DNA of 64,000 nucleotides from Naegleria gruberi (lineage: Eukaryota). The notes beneath the pieces are model-generated. The model had not been told where the DNA came from, ran no database searches, and saw nothing but the letters and a program-made list of their open reading frames with translations. This document shows positions 42,591-54,435 of this stretch, in pieces (within the stretch, counting starts at the first letter, position 1; the number at the start of each line of letters is the position of its first letter). The DNA lies in assembly GCA_000004985.1 (NCBI GenBank), contig GG738877.1; one strand, 5' to 3'. Position numbers and translations under genes: made by a program.

Positions 42591-43868
42591 ATGAACTCTT
42601 CTTGGTCTGGAAAGAGTTTTAAAAAAAAAGCAAAAATGAGGAACAATCTTAATCCATCCGTAACGACAATCTTAATGTTGCTCATGGTCATGATGATAAA
42701 GTTAGCCGAGGCAACAACCCCTATTTTTGAACCATCCATTGACACAACACCTCGAAATCTTGCTCCGAATACACCAATATTGTACAATTTTGAGGGTTGG
42801 AATTTTAATATTCAATTTTCAACACTCCCTGATTCGATAGTGAGTGGCAGTCTCAAGATGAGTGCTGCCGATGTGCCAATCACACATACCATCCCATCTT
42901 TTAATAAGAAAATGGAAGAGGTGTTCTTCTTTACTTTGGATTTAACTCAGACAACCCTTAACTATCCACCAAACACTCCCGAAGAGGAAAAGGCAAGAAT
43001 GAGAGCAACCAGAACTGCAATGGAGGTTGTTTTTACTACTTCTGTTCCTTCTCCATTCATGTATGATCCCTACTCTTATAAAATGTTGAGATATGATGAG
43101 GCAACAAATGCATTTTCAGAACCTGTTGATGCTTTAAAGATTGATTTGGATTATTCCTTCTCTATTAATGAAGCTTTTGGAAAGAAGATTATCTTTGGAT
43201 TGTTTGTTTTTAAATCACCACTAGATGTTCAGTTTGGAAAGAAGATTGCCATATACTATCCAAGCTATTTGCAGTTTTCGTATGATGATTACTTGATGGG
43301 ATACCTTTTTCCAAAGGCAAATTATTTCACACCATCAAATCCTTCAATGCTTACAGTCAATCAAGTGAAGCAAAAGTATGAAAAATTGGGAACATCTAGA
43401 GTTTTACTTTCTCGTATCTCAGTCACAATTACAAAGAATCCATTACAATTTGAGGAAGCAACTTTTCAAGCTTTGTCTTTCAAGAATGAAAATGTAAAGA
43501 ATGTTGTTGGAGACAGTTACAGAATCGATCTCAATTCATTGACATGTATCTTCCTATCAGGTAATCAAGAATTAATGGCAAGAAAAGTATCCTTTGAAAA
43601 CAATGTTTTGACTTGTGATGTGAATCCATTATTAGCAGGAGATCATGAAGTTTTAATTGTTGCCAATAATGCAAATCCACCAGAACCGATGAACAGAGGT
43701 GTAGGAAGTGTGGTTCTTGGTTTGTTTATTTCTGTGGTTGCAATTGTTTCACTCGTTGTTTTGGGTATTGGTGTTTTCATGTTCATTAAAAGAAGTAAAA
43801 TGTCAAGAGGATTACTGTCAAGCTCACAAGCTGCTCCAACCTCAGCTTATTATTCAACTGATATTTAA
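42591..43868 (+). CDS. Type I membrane glycoprotein-like protein with an N-terminal signal peptide and a C-terminal TM. Function unknown
   Basis: The N-terminal hydrophobic segment TILMLLMVMMIKLAEA follows a Met at ~42636. The C-terminal TM is VVLGLFISVVAIVSLVVLGIGVFMFI, followed by a short cytoplasmic tail. Confidence 0.5.
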   Translation: MNSSWSGKSFKKKAKMRNNLNPSVTTILMLLMVMMIKLAEATTPIFEPSIDTTPRNLAPNTPILYNFEGWNFNIQFSTLPDSIVSGSLKMSAADVPITHTIPSFNKKMEEVFFFTLDLTQTTLNYPPNTPEEEKARMRATRTAMEVVFTTSVPSPFMYDPYSYKMLRYDEATNAFSEPVDALKIDLDYSFSINEAFGKKIIFGLFVFKSPLDVQFGKKIAIYYPSYLQFSYDDYLMGYLFPKANYFTPSNPSMLTVNQVKQKYEKLGTSRVLLSRISVTITKNPLQFEEATFQALSFKNENVKNVVGDSYRIDLNSLTCIFLSGNQELMARKVSFENNVLTCDVNPLLAGDHEVLIVANNANPPEPMNRGVGSVVLGLFISVVAIVSLVVLGIGVFMFIKRSKMSRGLLSSSQAAPTSAYYSTDI

Positions 43869-43978
43869 CAATATTGCATTAGGACCAAGCAAAATCAAAC
43901 TTTCTAATAACCAAAACTAAACACAACAAAATTGAAATGAAATTAAATTTACAAAAAATCATTTAAAATTAAAAAAAA

Positions 43979-45617
43979 ATGTCACAACACTCACTCACCG
44001 ATCAACACGGATTGACCAACCCACCAGCTAATATTCCGCAATCAACCAATTCACTTCCATCCTCATCATCAAATGTTATTAGAAATTTCATCGGTGGTCA
44101 ATTCATCAATGAAGAATATATTAATGAATGGATTGTTAATAAAAATCCAGCAACTAACGAAGTAATTTCGTACGTTCCTTGTTCGAAAGAAGAAACCATT
44201 CAAAAGGCTGTGGATGCATCTGTTCAATGTTGGAAATCAAAATCATGGAGAGGATTATCGGAGGAAGACCGTGCTAAATATTTGGATTTAATTGCTGATC
44301 AAATTGAAAAGAGAATTGATGAATTTGCATTGGCAGAAAGTAGGGATACTGGTAAACCAATTACATTGGCAAAGAATATGGATGTTGCTAGAGCAGTTTC
44401 GAATTTTAGATTCTTTGCTCAAGCTGTTCGTCAACAGTCAACCAAAGCCCATTTAATGTCAAACAAGACAATTAATTATACAACTAGAAGACCTGCTGGT
44501 ATTGTTGGTATTATTGTTCCTTGGAATTTGCCAATTTACTTGTTGAGTTGGAAAGTAGCTCCTGCTTTGGCTTGTGGTAATTGTGTTATTGCAAAGAGTT
44601 CAGAATTGACACCAATGACAGCTCATTTGCTGGCTGAAGTTATTGAACAAGTTAAATTGCCAAGTGGTGCATTCAATTTAGTTCATGGTTATGGAAAGGA
44701 TTGTGGTAGTGCCATTGTTGCTCATCCAAAGATTAATGTCATTACTTTCACTGGTGGTACTGCCACTGGAAGAGTTGTTTCTCAAATGGCAGCCAAACAT
44801 TTCAAGAAGGTTAGTTTGGAATTGGGAGGAAAGAATCCAATGGTTGTTTTTGGAGGTATGTTCATTCCCTTTCTCAATATTTATTCTATTATTATTATTG
44901 ATGTGGAATTATATGAATTTGAAAATTATTTTGAATTATTGAAAAGATTATGACGTTACAAAGGCAGCAGAACTTGCAGCAAGATCAGGTTTCTTAAATC
45001 AAGGACAGATTTGCTTGTGTACCTCTCGTATCATTGTTCACGAATCTATTCATGATGAATTTGTTGAAAAGTTAAAACAACTCCTTGAAAAGAATACCAA
45101 GATTGGAAATCCACTCGAGAATACTACCACTTTTGGAACTCAAATCTCAGAAGAACATTTAATCAAAATTGATTATTATGCTCAATTGGCAAAACTTGAG
45201 GGAGGAACCATTGTTACTGGAGGTAAGAGGGCTGAATTACAAGATGAATCAGTCAAGAATGGCGCCTTCTATACACCAACAATTATTACTGGACTCGATT
45301 TTAAGAGTAGAACTGCCACTGAAGAAATCTTTGGACCTGTTGTAACTGTACACAAATTCTCAACTGAGGAACAAGCTTTGGAAATGGCCAATCATGTAGA
45401 ATATGGGTTGTGTGCTGTTGTTCTCACAAATAATTTATCAATTGGCCATCGTTTTAGTGATGAATTGGAATCAGGAATTGTTTGGGTCAATACATGGCTT
45501 TTAAGAGATTTGAGAACTCCATTTGGTGGTATGAAACAATCAGGAGTTGGACGTGAAGGAGGTGACTATAGTTTGGAATTTTACAGTGAGGATAAGAATA
45601 TCTGTATCAATTTGTAA
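43979..45617 (+). CDS. Aldehyde dehydrogenase, ALDH8A1-like (2-aminomuconate semialdehyde / retinal dehydrogenase subfamily). Exons 43979..44856 and 44947..45617
   Basis: Near-colinear match to ALDH8A1: FRFFAQAV, VGIIVPWNLPIYLLSWKVAPALACGNCVIAKSSELTPMTA, LELGGKNP, NQGQICLCTSRIIVHES, EEIFGPV, GIVWVNTWLLRDLRTPFGGMKQSGVGREGG. An intron (gtatgttc..ttgaaaag) sits at phase 1. Confidence 0.85.
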
Positions 45618-46387
45618 TACAGTCAAGCCATCTCATTAAAAAATCAATTCACATTATTTACTTGCATTTGCTTTTTGTAAAACAAGATTATCTGACCTTC
45701 CTATCAAGTGATAACGCTACAATAAAAATATCATTATTCTAAATCCCCAATCAGCCAGTAAAGGTATTATTTGGTTAGTGCTCACATTTTCTTAACCCAA
45801 TAGTTTTTATCCTCCTGGGGGATTTTCTCTCTTCACACTCAATTTCTAATCCATCTCAACTAGAGATGAAGAAAAGAGACTTTCACATTCACTCAACTCT
45901 TATCGTGTAACCCTCAAAATTTTCCGCCTCAACTTTCTATTGTGGTTCCAAAAAACTAAAAAATCAAAAAAAATTCTCAAACTCTATCGGAAGAATAACA
46001 TCTTATTGTTTCGGGTTTTTGAAGAATTGTGTGTTGGTTGATTGATAATTTATTGTGTTTATTGGGATGAGACCAATTGAGCAGCTGCATAGATCTTGGT
46101 TTATGCTTCTTCGGAGGCTTTATTTGACGTACAATGTTGGATTGTGTGCCTTTTTGGTGTTGTTGGAGGGTTTGTCGTTTGGAGTGCAATTGTACTATGT
46201 ATTCCACTTTGTAGATACAATGGTAGGTTGCTAGAATCTTTCTATTATAATCATCACAATAACTTTATATTAATTGAAAAAATTAATGATCACGATCAAA
46301 AACATGATTAATATATGAACAATTTATTGAAATTAGAAAGCTTATCCATATGTGGAGAGAATTTGTATACAGTTTGCAGTGATTGGC

Positions 46388-49148
46388 ATGTTGGGAGTTT
46401 CATGTTTCGTCTTTTCTCTGATTATTGCCAAGTGTTTGCAGTTCATTAGAATGTACGTACACACTAATTTTAATATCAAAGTGTCTAATCCTTTCATACA
46501 GAGTGTGGTCGAAAGAGCAATATTTGCACATTACAAAGAAATTTAGAACATTTATTCAATCTTTACCATATTTAGGACATGGTTCAACACCTCGTTGGAT
46601 TGATATTGTTTTTCAAGCATTACTGATTTTAGTTTTGGAAATTGTGCCACTATTGGTTGGATTAATGACATTCTTTTTCAATCCTAGAGAGGGATCTGGA
46701 TTTTTATCAAATATGAGTGAATCATTCCAAACTTTTATCACTTCTGGATTTGTAATTAGTTTCTTCTTCATATTGATGTGGTGGATTGGAAGTTTGATTG
46801 AAAATTGGAAGAGATTAATCATGTTTTTAGGAGGAAAAAAGGCATTCTTTGAACGTCTCAGAACTATGGAATACAAGAGAAAGAAATTGAGCGATTCATC
46901 GAATGGAACAACTAGCAATTATGGAACTGTTAATCCAACAGAGAGTGAAAAATTGATTGCCAAATCTAGAGATAGAGCAACAAGTTCTGCCTCGATTGTT
47001 GACATTGAAGATGATAACATGGCCATCGTTTCAACAATAGGAGAAGAGGAAACTGTAAATCCACCAATTTATCAAGAGCTTCCAAATTCTGTTCCAGAGA
47101 GTGAGGATTTTGTTGATTTGGCTGGACATCAAGTAGATGAGAAGGTCTATGAAATTGAAAAGGAGAGAAATGTTTGGGTTCTTGTAACTTGGTACTGTTG
47201 CTTGGCAGGCATTAGTTTCCCAACATTGACAGCCCTCTACTACAAAATCAGAAAGTGCTTTAAACCTAAATTAGAAGATCCTGAAAACAAACACAAGAGA
47301 AAGAAGAATATCAAAATGTCCTTTGTGTGGTTTCTTATAGTTTTGGGTTTAATGATAGCTATTGTTGCCCTCTTGGGACTGTTCCATGTTGGAGATGTTC
47401 TCTTGATTGTCTCTGTTATTGTTGTTTGTATGATTGTGAATACTATTGTTGAGAGATACTTTTTCATTCCTCCACATCAACCTTCAAAAGAAAGATTACT
47501 CTGTAGTTGGAACTATAACGAAGATAGAAAGAAGAATGGTATACTCAGTTGGATCTTGTCAAGAATTGACAAGTATATCACATTTGTTGAAGAGGTTTTC
47601 TATCACAGTCCATATGTTATTTTTAAGGCTGCCAAGACTCTCCTCTTCTTGTTTACCATTGTGATTGCCATCTGTATCACCTTCAAATTTACAGAGACTT
47701 ATCTGACATTCTTCCTTCCTTGGACTTTTTGTTTGATTTTATTCATTTTACAAATTTTGAGATTCAACTTGAACAAGTGGTGGGATAAGGTTTTATCTTT
47801 GGTCAGAAGATCAGCAATTACAAGTGAACAATCTTCAGAAAATGAGGGAGCTACTCTATTTGATATTGAGGAAGTTGAAATCAAGACACCAACAATTCCA
47901 AATAGCAATTCTAGTAAGAGATTATCGACATTCACTGAGAGTACTCTAAAAAACAGATCCAAATATTATAGAAAGAACTTACCTCCTCACTATCACTGTG
48001 AACACGAGCATACCTTCTTTAGATATTTCACAGTAATTTATTTCCAACTTTCCATATTGATTACACTCTTTTTATTGATTGGTTTTACATTCTATTTCAT
48101 TGGGTGGATTTCTGGAGTTTGCTTAATTGTTCTACTCATTATGATTTCTTTCGTATTGTTCATGAGAGTTGATATTGATGCTGCAGATGCATTATTTGCC
48201 TGTTTGATGACTTTTATGTTCTTGTTGGGAGCTATTTTCATCTTGGGTAGTTTGAATGCTCAAGCCAATGACGAGTTGTATTGGAGTAGAATTGGTGAAC
48301 AGTACAATGTCACTACTCCTAGATTTGATATTTGTGATAATCGTTGGCATGGATACAGCCCTGTTGATTATGCCTTGTTCAGTGCTTTGGCTTATGAGGT
48401 AGACCCTTACTTTTCACATGATTTGGAAACTTGGTTCCCTGAATGCAAAGGTGGAAATTGTCAAGTTTTGAGAAGAGAAAATACTACCATTAACTTTTTC
48501 GATTTGTACATTCCATCTAAGAATTTATCAATCATTTCAGTTCGAGGAACTATAATTCCAAAGGATATTGTTCAAGATTTCGATGTATGGAAGGAGGCAG
48601 GTTTGCTTCAAATTGCATCTGTTATTGGACCATTTGCTGTTTGGCCAAAATCTCTCTTGACAAGCTTGGTCTGGTACATTTCACAAATTGAAAAGTTGAC
48701 CATGGTTCCTCGTTCTAATGTTACAAGTCTTGACGATTCCAGATATTATTATCAAATATTGGATGATTACGTAGCCCAATCAAAACTGAAGAGGCAAGTA
48801 ATTCTTACTGGACACAGCTTGGGTGGTGGGTTGGCCAAGATTGTAGGTTCAAGAAACATGGTGCAAGCTGTGACTTTCTCTGGACCTGGAGTTTTATTGA
48901 GCAGACAAAAATTCTCAATCACTGAGGAAAATATTGACAGATATTGTGTCAGTGTGAAACCAGCCAATGATATGGTACCACAAATCGATATGGATGGTGG
49001 TTTAGTTCAACACATTGAATGCAATGGTAACATTGTAACATGTCACAGTATAGTCCACACAACAAGAAAATTAATATCCAGTTGTGGTGACTATCCTCTC
49101 AATAGATGGATTGATTCTTACGCGAACATTACAACAACACCACAATAA
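46388..49148 (+). CDS. Multi-pass membrane protein with a C-terminal class-3 (fungal/DAGL-type) lipase domain. Exons 46388..46452 and 46502..49148
   Basis: At least 8 hydrophobic helices are followed by the lipase_3 motif VILTGHSLGGGLAKIVGS. A short first exon (MLGVSCFVFSLIIAKCLQFIR) is joined through intron gtacgtacac..catacag into the long ORF frame. Confidence 0.65.
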
Positions 49149-49358
49149 CATTTATTAAAAATCGAGTTTCTTAATATAAATTCAATCAATTATAGTTACT
49201 GACCTCATGATAAATTATTAGATGTCTGAAAAAGGTTCTATATAATACAACTTCAATTTCCAAATGTTCTCCCTGAAAGAAACTGTTCGAACATACAATA
49301 ATAAATGTTAGGAAAATAATACAAAAATAAAATATGCAATTTGGGAAGTAAATCTCTG

Positions 49359-50414
49359 TTATTGTTTCTTAAATACAGTAATAATTGAATCCAGAGCATT
49401 CTTGAATGTATTACTAGTAATGGATGTAGCTCCTTCAATTTCTTGTTCTCCAATTTGAAGACTTGTCACTTTCTGATCAGTACTGGTGGAAATAAAATAG
49501 AATAAACAAGCAGCTGCAACTGTTGATGGACTTTTTCCAGAGAGCAGATCAGATTGAATGGCCTTGTCAACCAAATCCTTAATCTTTGAAATGGCACTAG
49601 GTGGAAGATGTAATTTCTTACAGAAATCCTCAACAAATGCTTGAGGCGAATTGTAATCCTTAGTCTTGATGAGCTCCTTAGTTTTTGGATTCTTCTGAAT
49701 GATTGAAACCCATTTTGATATTTCCTCCTTTGAAACATGTAAAATCACACAAAACTCCTTCAATGTCTTACCAATCCCCTCAGATTTGAGTCCACAGAAT
49801 AAGCAAGCTGCTAAACATTGATTCCTCGTCTTGTTATTGAACGTTCTCCTATTTTCAGAATAAATTTCTTTGAGTAATTCCTTAATTTTAAATGTATATC
49901 TACTCTCCAATTTGAATTGATCCACAACAATTGATGTAACCTGTTTGAAAATTTCAGAGAGGAATTCATTTTCAATATTCATCTTTCCTAGTTTAATCAA
50001 TTTAGAAGAATCTGGTTTAATTCTAGTTCCTAGCACTCTAGATTCATTAATTATCAATACATCCTCATTCTCTTCTAAGGTTGAATTTCCTACACGAGAA
50101 TTACTTGGTTTATCCTCATCAAAATCTCTCCAATCATTATTTTCAAAGTCTATCAATCGACTAATCACGCAGCCACACTTGGTACATACGAAATTACCTT
50201 CCGATCTATCCTCCAGAATATGTTCATTAGTGGAGCATGTTTTGCAATACATTGGATTGAACATGATATGATTGGCGAACATTAAATTGATTTTTGTTTG
50301 ATAATTTGCATTTTCGAGTGGTTTGGGAAGCCGAACACCTGATGCTCGGGTTGGTGATTGTTTTCGTGGTGGTGGTGGCAATGATGAGGAAGTGGACGTT
50401 GTTGGTTGAGACAT
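49359..50414 (-). CDS. Transcription initiation factor IIB
   Basis: Zn ribbon CKTCSTNEHILEDRSEGNFVCTKCGCV. The linker NDWRDFDEDKPSNSRVG resembles human SEWRTFSNDKATKDPSRVG. Two cyclin-fold repeats (NQCLAACLFCGLKSEGIGKTLKEFC... and GKSPSTVAAACLFYFIS) follow. Confidence 0.85.
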   Translation of the reverse strand: MSQPTTSTSSSLPPPPRKQSPTRASGVRLPKPLENANYQTKINLMFANHIMFNPMYCKTCSTNEHILEDRSEGNFVCTKCGCVISRLIDFENNDWRDFDEDKPSNSRVGNSTLEENEDVLIINESRVLGTRIKPDSSKLIKLGKMNIENEFLSEIFKQVTSIVVDQFKLESRYTFKIKELLKEIYSENRRTFNNKTRNQCLAACLFCGLKSEGIGKTLKEFCVILHVSKEEISKWVSIIQKNPKTKELIKTKDYNSPQAFVEDFCKKLHLPPSAISKIKDLVDKAIQSDLLSGKSPSTVAAACLFYFISTSTDQKVTSLQIGEQEIEGATSITSNTFKNALDSIITVFKKQ

Positions 50415-50643
50415 TTTTTTGATTGATTTTTCTTTTAAAACTTATTTTATTGTAAACTCGGTAAACTTCATTAATTTCATTCATTTCACCAACCAATAGA
50501 ATAGTTTGGCGGTTGGTAAAATTATGAATGAGATTTTGTGTAGAATCTCAATATTATTTTGATATCATTGGATATATTTTGATTTGTGAGTTTTTGTAAA
50601 CTCGAATAAATTAATTTCTATGTACAATTTTACAGCTGTAAAA

Positions 50644-51555
50644 TCAGAATCTGAAAACAGTTCTCCTCTTATTATTGATTGGAACCTTTTCATAAACAAC
50701 TCGGGTAGTTCTACTTCCATCTGGATTGATTTGAGTGATAATCTTTTTCACAGTTTGATATTCCTGCTGCTCTGAATCATCTTCATTATTCGAAGTAATG
50801 GCATTATAAAAATCACCAATTGTACTGAAAAGATTGGAAAAGAATCCACCCTCTGAGTCCTTTTGTTTGGCTGGTTCTTGTGTTTTCCTTGAAGATGCTC
50901 TTCTCTTTTGATTTTTCCTTCTACTATTCGATTCAAAATGAAAACCAAAAGGTGGAGCATCATCCTCATCATCATCTCCAAAGAATGAAAAGAATGGATT
51001 GTGGCCCTGTCCTTGAGATCGGAAATGATGTTTAAAGAATTGTGGAAAATCTTCAAAAGGATCATTATCATCACCTCCTCCTCCAAATGAAAAGTGGAAT
51101 GATCCACTCTCTTGATCATGTCCATGATGTTGATGATGTTCGAATGGATCAAATCCTCCTCTATCATACTGTCTTCGTTTATCCTCATTAGAAAGTGTTT
51201 CATAGGCTTCCAATATTTTCATATATTGCTGTTGAAGAGTTTTTTGCTCTGTCTGTGGTTTGTTTCTTGCTTTATCTGGATGATATGCCATTGATAATCT
51301 ATTTAATAATAATAAATAGCACACATGATGATGATGATGAATTGATAAAGAACATTAATCTACTTACTTTCTATATGCCTTTTTAATTTCCTGTTGAGAG
51401 GCCTTCTCGGAAACTCCCAAAGTCTTGTAATATCCCTTCGGATCTCTTGCTTCCACCATCAAAATAAGTGCCATGCTTGTTGTCATCATCAACAACAAGA
51501 GCAAGAACACTGTAAAGTTGTTCTTGTTGTGACTTCCTTTCCGAATCATCATCAA
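50644..51555 (-). CDS. DnaJ/Hsp40 with an N-terminal signal peptide (ER-lumenal, ERdj4/DNAJB9-like). Exons 51368..51555 and 50644..51298
   Basis: Exon 1 is a signal peptide plus DPKGYYKTLGVSEKASQQEIKKAYRK. A gtaagtag intron follows. Exon 2 is LSMAYHPDKARNKPQ...ILEAYETLSNEDKRRQYD plus a G/F/D-rich tail. Confidence 0.8.
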
Positions 51556-51768
51556 AATTTAAATAAAATTGCGTGATGAAAATTGAGTTGCAATTTTTTT
51601 TTAATTTGTAAACACGTGTTTTGCTTTGCCGCTTAAATTCGGAATCAACTCTAGAATAAAGTGATTGCAAGAGCTATTAAGGCTAGATGCAACTTCCTCG
51701 TTCAAGAGTTTCGAAAATAGAATGAAATTTTTGCTTCATATTGCTAATATTTTCAAAATGGATAAGAT

Positions 51769-51840
51769 TCCCGTGTAGTCCAATGGCTAGGATACCTGGC
51801 TTTCACCCAGGAGGTCCGGGTTCAATTCCCGGCATGGGAG
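51769..51840 (+). tRNA. tRNA-Glu (anticodon TTC)
   Basis: TCCCGTGTAGTCCAATGGCTAGGATACCTGGCTTTCACCCAGGAGGTCCGGGTTCAATTCCCGGCATGGGAG. The anticodon loop is CTTTCAC and the arms are canonical. Confidence 0.9.
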
Positions 51841-52170
51841 AATTGTTTTTATGTTTGCCCAAACCAATATTGACAAGACCAAAGTCATCTCTCTTTCATA
51901 TTTGGCTTTTTTAATCAATTTTTCTATTCAATAGAAAAAAAAATCAAAGAACCTTTTATTTACGAAGTTCCTTCTTGTTCGTGCATTTTACTTTTTCTTT
52001 AGGCTGTTGTAGTTTCATCATAAAATCCTCATCATCATCGCCTCGGCAAAGAAAACTATTAGAATAGATTCGGAATGATATCGTTTACTCCTACAGGTAT
52101 TTTGGGTAGGTTCTTCTACTAGTATTATCATCATCATCATTGTTTTCATCATCAATAATTATTATTATTT

Positions 52171-54249
52171 TTGCATACTATTCGAAATATGATATTAATT
52201 TATAATAATACTATAATGATGATCATAATAATAATAATAATAATAGGATTGAAGGATCTGGGTGCCCGAATAGAGAAAGATGCCAAATCACCTGGATTTC
52301 TATCACCTCGAGGAATGGCAAGTCCAGCCACTGATGTTTCGCCCAAAACGCCAAGACGAGGTACCATTCTACAACAAAATGAAAATGGAGAACCTATTCG
52401 AATGTTTGAAGTGGATGATTATGAATTACAATTTGTGGAAATGATGGAAGTTCCAGAGAGTAGAGATTTATTTCTCACCCATTTACAATCTTTTTCAATT
52501 CCTGAAGTTATTTCATTCCTAAAGGATATGTGGAAATATAAAGAAAAGAGGAAGAATATTTACAATGGAACAACTATGAAAATTGAACATTCAACAAGTG
52601 TAGAAAATTTACAAAGTAGTTTTGCATCAACGTTTTCATTACAGAGAAAAACAGTTACTGAATTACACAAATTAGCTCAAGATATGATTGGATTGTATAT
52701 TGAAAATGATGCTCGTCTTCAACTTAATATTTCATCAGAGGTGTCATCCTTGTTATTGAAAAGATGGGGAGCTATCAATCATATTAAGAATACAGTGGAA
52801 GTTAAACAGTCATCATTTGCCAAGAGTGCAAAATCGTTTTTTAATAGTGAAAGCAATGAAAGTGACATGTTTTCAATTGATCTGGATACCATTAAACTTC
52901 CTAGTACAACAACTACTACAATGGCAAGTTCGGTTGGAACTTCATACACATCAAGTAATAACAATCCACTTACAAACACCATCGTTGCCGGTTCACTTGA
53001 TATGGATACGATTTTGGACGAAACAGTGACAGATAAAATGGAGAGATCCTCCTCTGTACACAGTATGAGCACGCCCAATTTAGATGAAGATTCTGGGTTT
53101 TTTGTCAAGTGTTTGGCACATGCACTCCCGAATCAAATTCAAGAAACTGTATTGAAATTATGTCAATTGTTTGACAGTGTAGAATTTTATGTATATAATG
53201 ATCTAGCTTTGGAGCACTTTCCAAAGTTTAAAAAGAGTAAGGAAGTGAAAAATTTTCTTCTTCAGAAAGGAGAAGAATTCACAAAGAAAATCTCAATCAA
53301 CATGAAACTAGGTTATGAACTAGATATCAGATATAAGGCAAAGGATTTCGTAAATCCATTGATTACCGATAAGGATATTTACTTTACAATCATGCTCTGC
53401 ACAGATGCCTATAAGAGTGAATGGCAATTATTAGGTGAAAAGGTAATTGAAGAAAAATATCTGAAAACTTCCTATCAGGCATACATTTCCAATCAAAAGT
53501 TTTTACTTGGTGAGGAAAATTCAAATTCCAATATGAAATTGGCCAAGATTGACATTCAATTACCATTTCCTGTCGATGAAGCATACAAAGTGGCACTGGA
53601 TAGAAAGTAAGTTTTCCCTGAAATTATTTCATTAATCCCCAATAGAGCTAAATTGAAATGTGACCCAATCACTCTTGGTGATTTTGATACATACAAGGTT
53701 GATGATTTGGATGTGAAACGACCACTATCTATTGCCTTCTCTAGTGAAAGTTATAACATTGGAAAATTGTACAAGACAAGAGAGGCAACCTTTGTTCAGA
53801 CTCTTGTTTTTGATAGAAAAACCAATTGCTATATCAATATTGCCAAGACGGCTGAATTTGAGGAAAAGAAAAAGTCCAAAGATAAGATACCAGTTGACTT
53901 ACTCTATGCCTACATGTTTAAGCATAGTGGACCAAACAAGTGCACTCTGACCTATATTTATTTTGGAGATTTAAAACTCTCACTGGATACAGATATGTTT
54001 TTCAAACGATTTATCAAGGATAGAGCCAAAGCATTGAGCAAGGGATTCTCCAAGATACTAGCCGAAAGAACCAGTTACGGAAATCACTCATGGAATGAGA
54101 GTGTTGATGATGTTTTCTGTCTGCAGGAATGCTTAGAAAAGAATATGAAAGCCTATCCACAAAGATCATGGTTCGACGAGTATAATGCCTACCTGGAAAG
54201 AAGCAAGACAATGGAAAGAGCCAATTCCAAACAAAATTTGAATAATTAA
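52171..54249 (+). CDS. RGS-domain protein (one clear RGS domain plus a second RGS-like region). Exons 52171..53606 and 53646..54249. The true start is uncertain (possible micro-exon ATG at ~52076 or an internal Met at ~52315)
   Basis: RGS signature SRDLFLTHLQSFSIPEVISFLKDMWKYKEK ... LAQDMIGLYIENDARLQLNISSEV. The intron gtaagttttcc..ccccaatag joins the ORFs in frame. The region upstream of 52250 is AT-rich and intron-like. Confidence 0.55.
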
Positions 54250-54435
54250 TTGGAAAATAAGAATTCTTTGAAAGAAAATCTAACTTGGACTAACTGAAGA
54301 ATAATTGCTCTCACTTTGTTAATTACCAAATGTATATTTGGCACACAAACACACCACAAGCACATTCAATAAACAAACAATACGTCATCAATCAAAAACT
54401 GAATTCCAATCACAAAAGAAGAATTAAAAAAAAAA

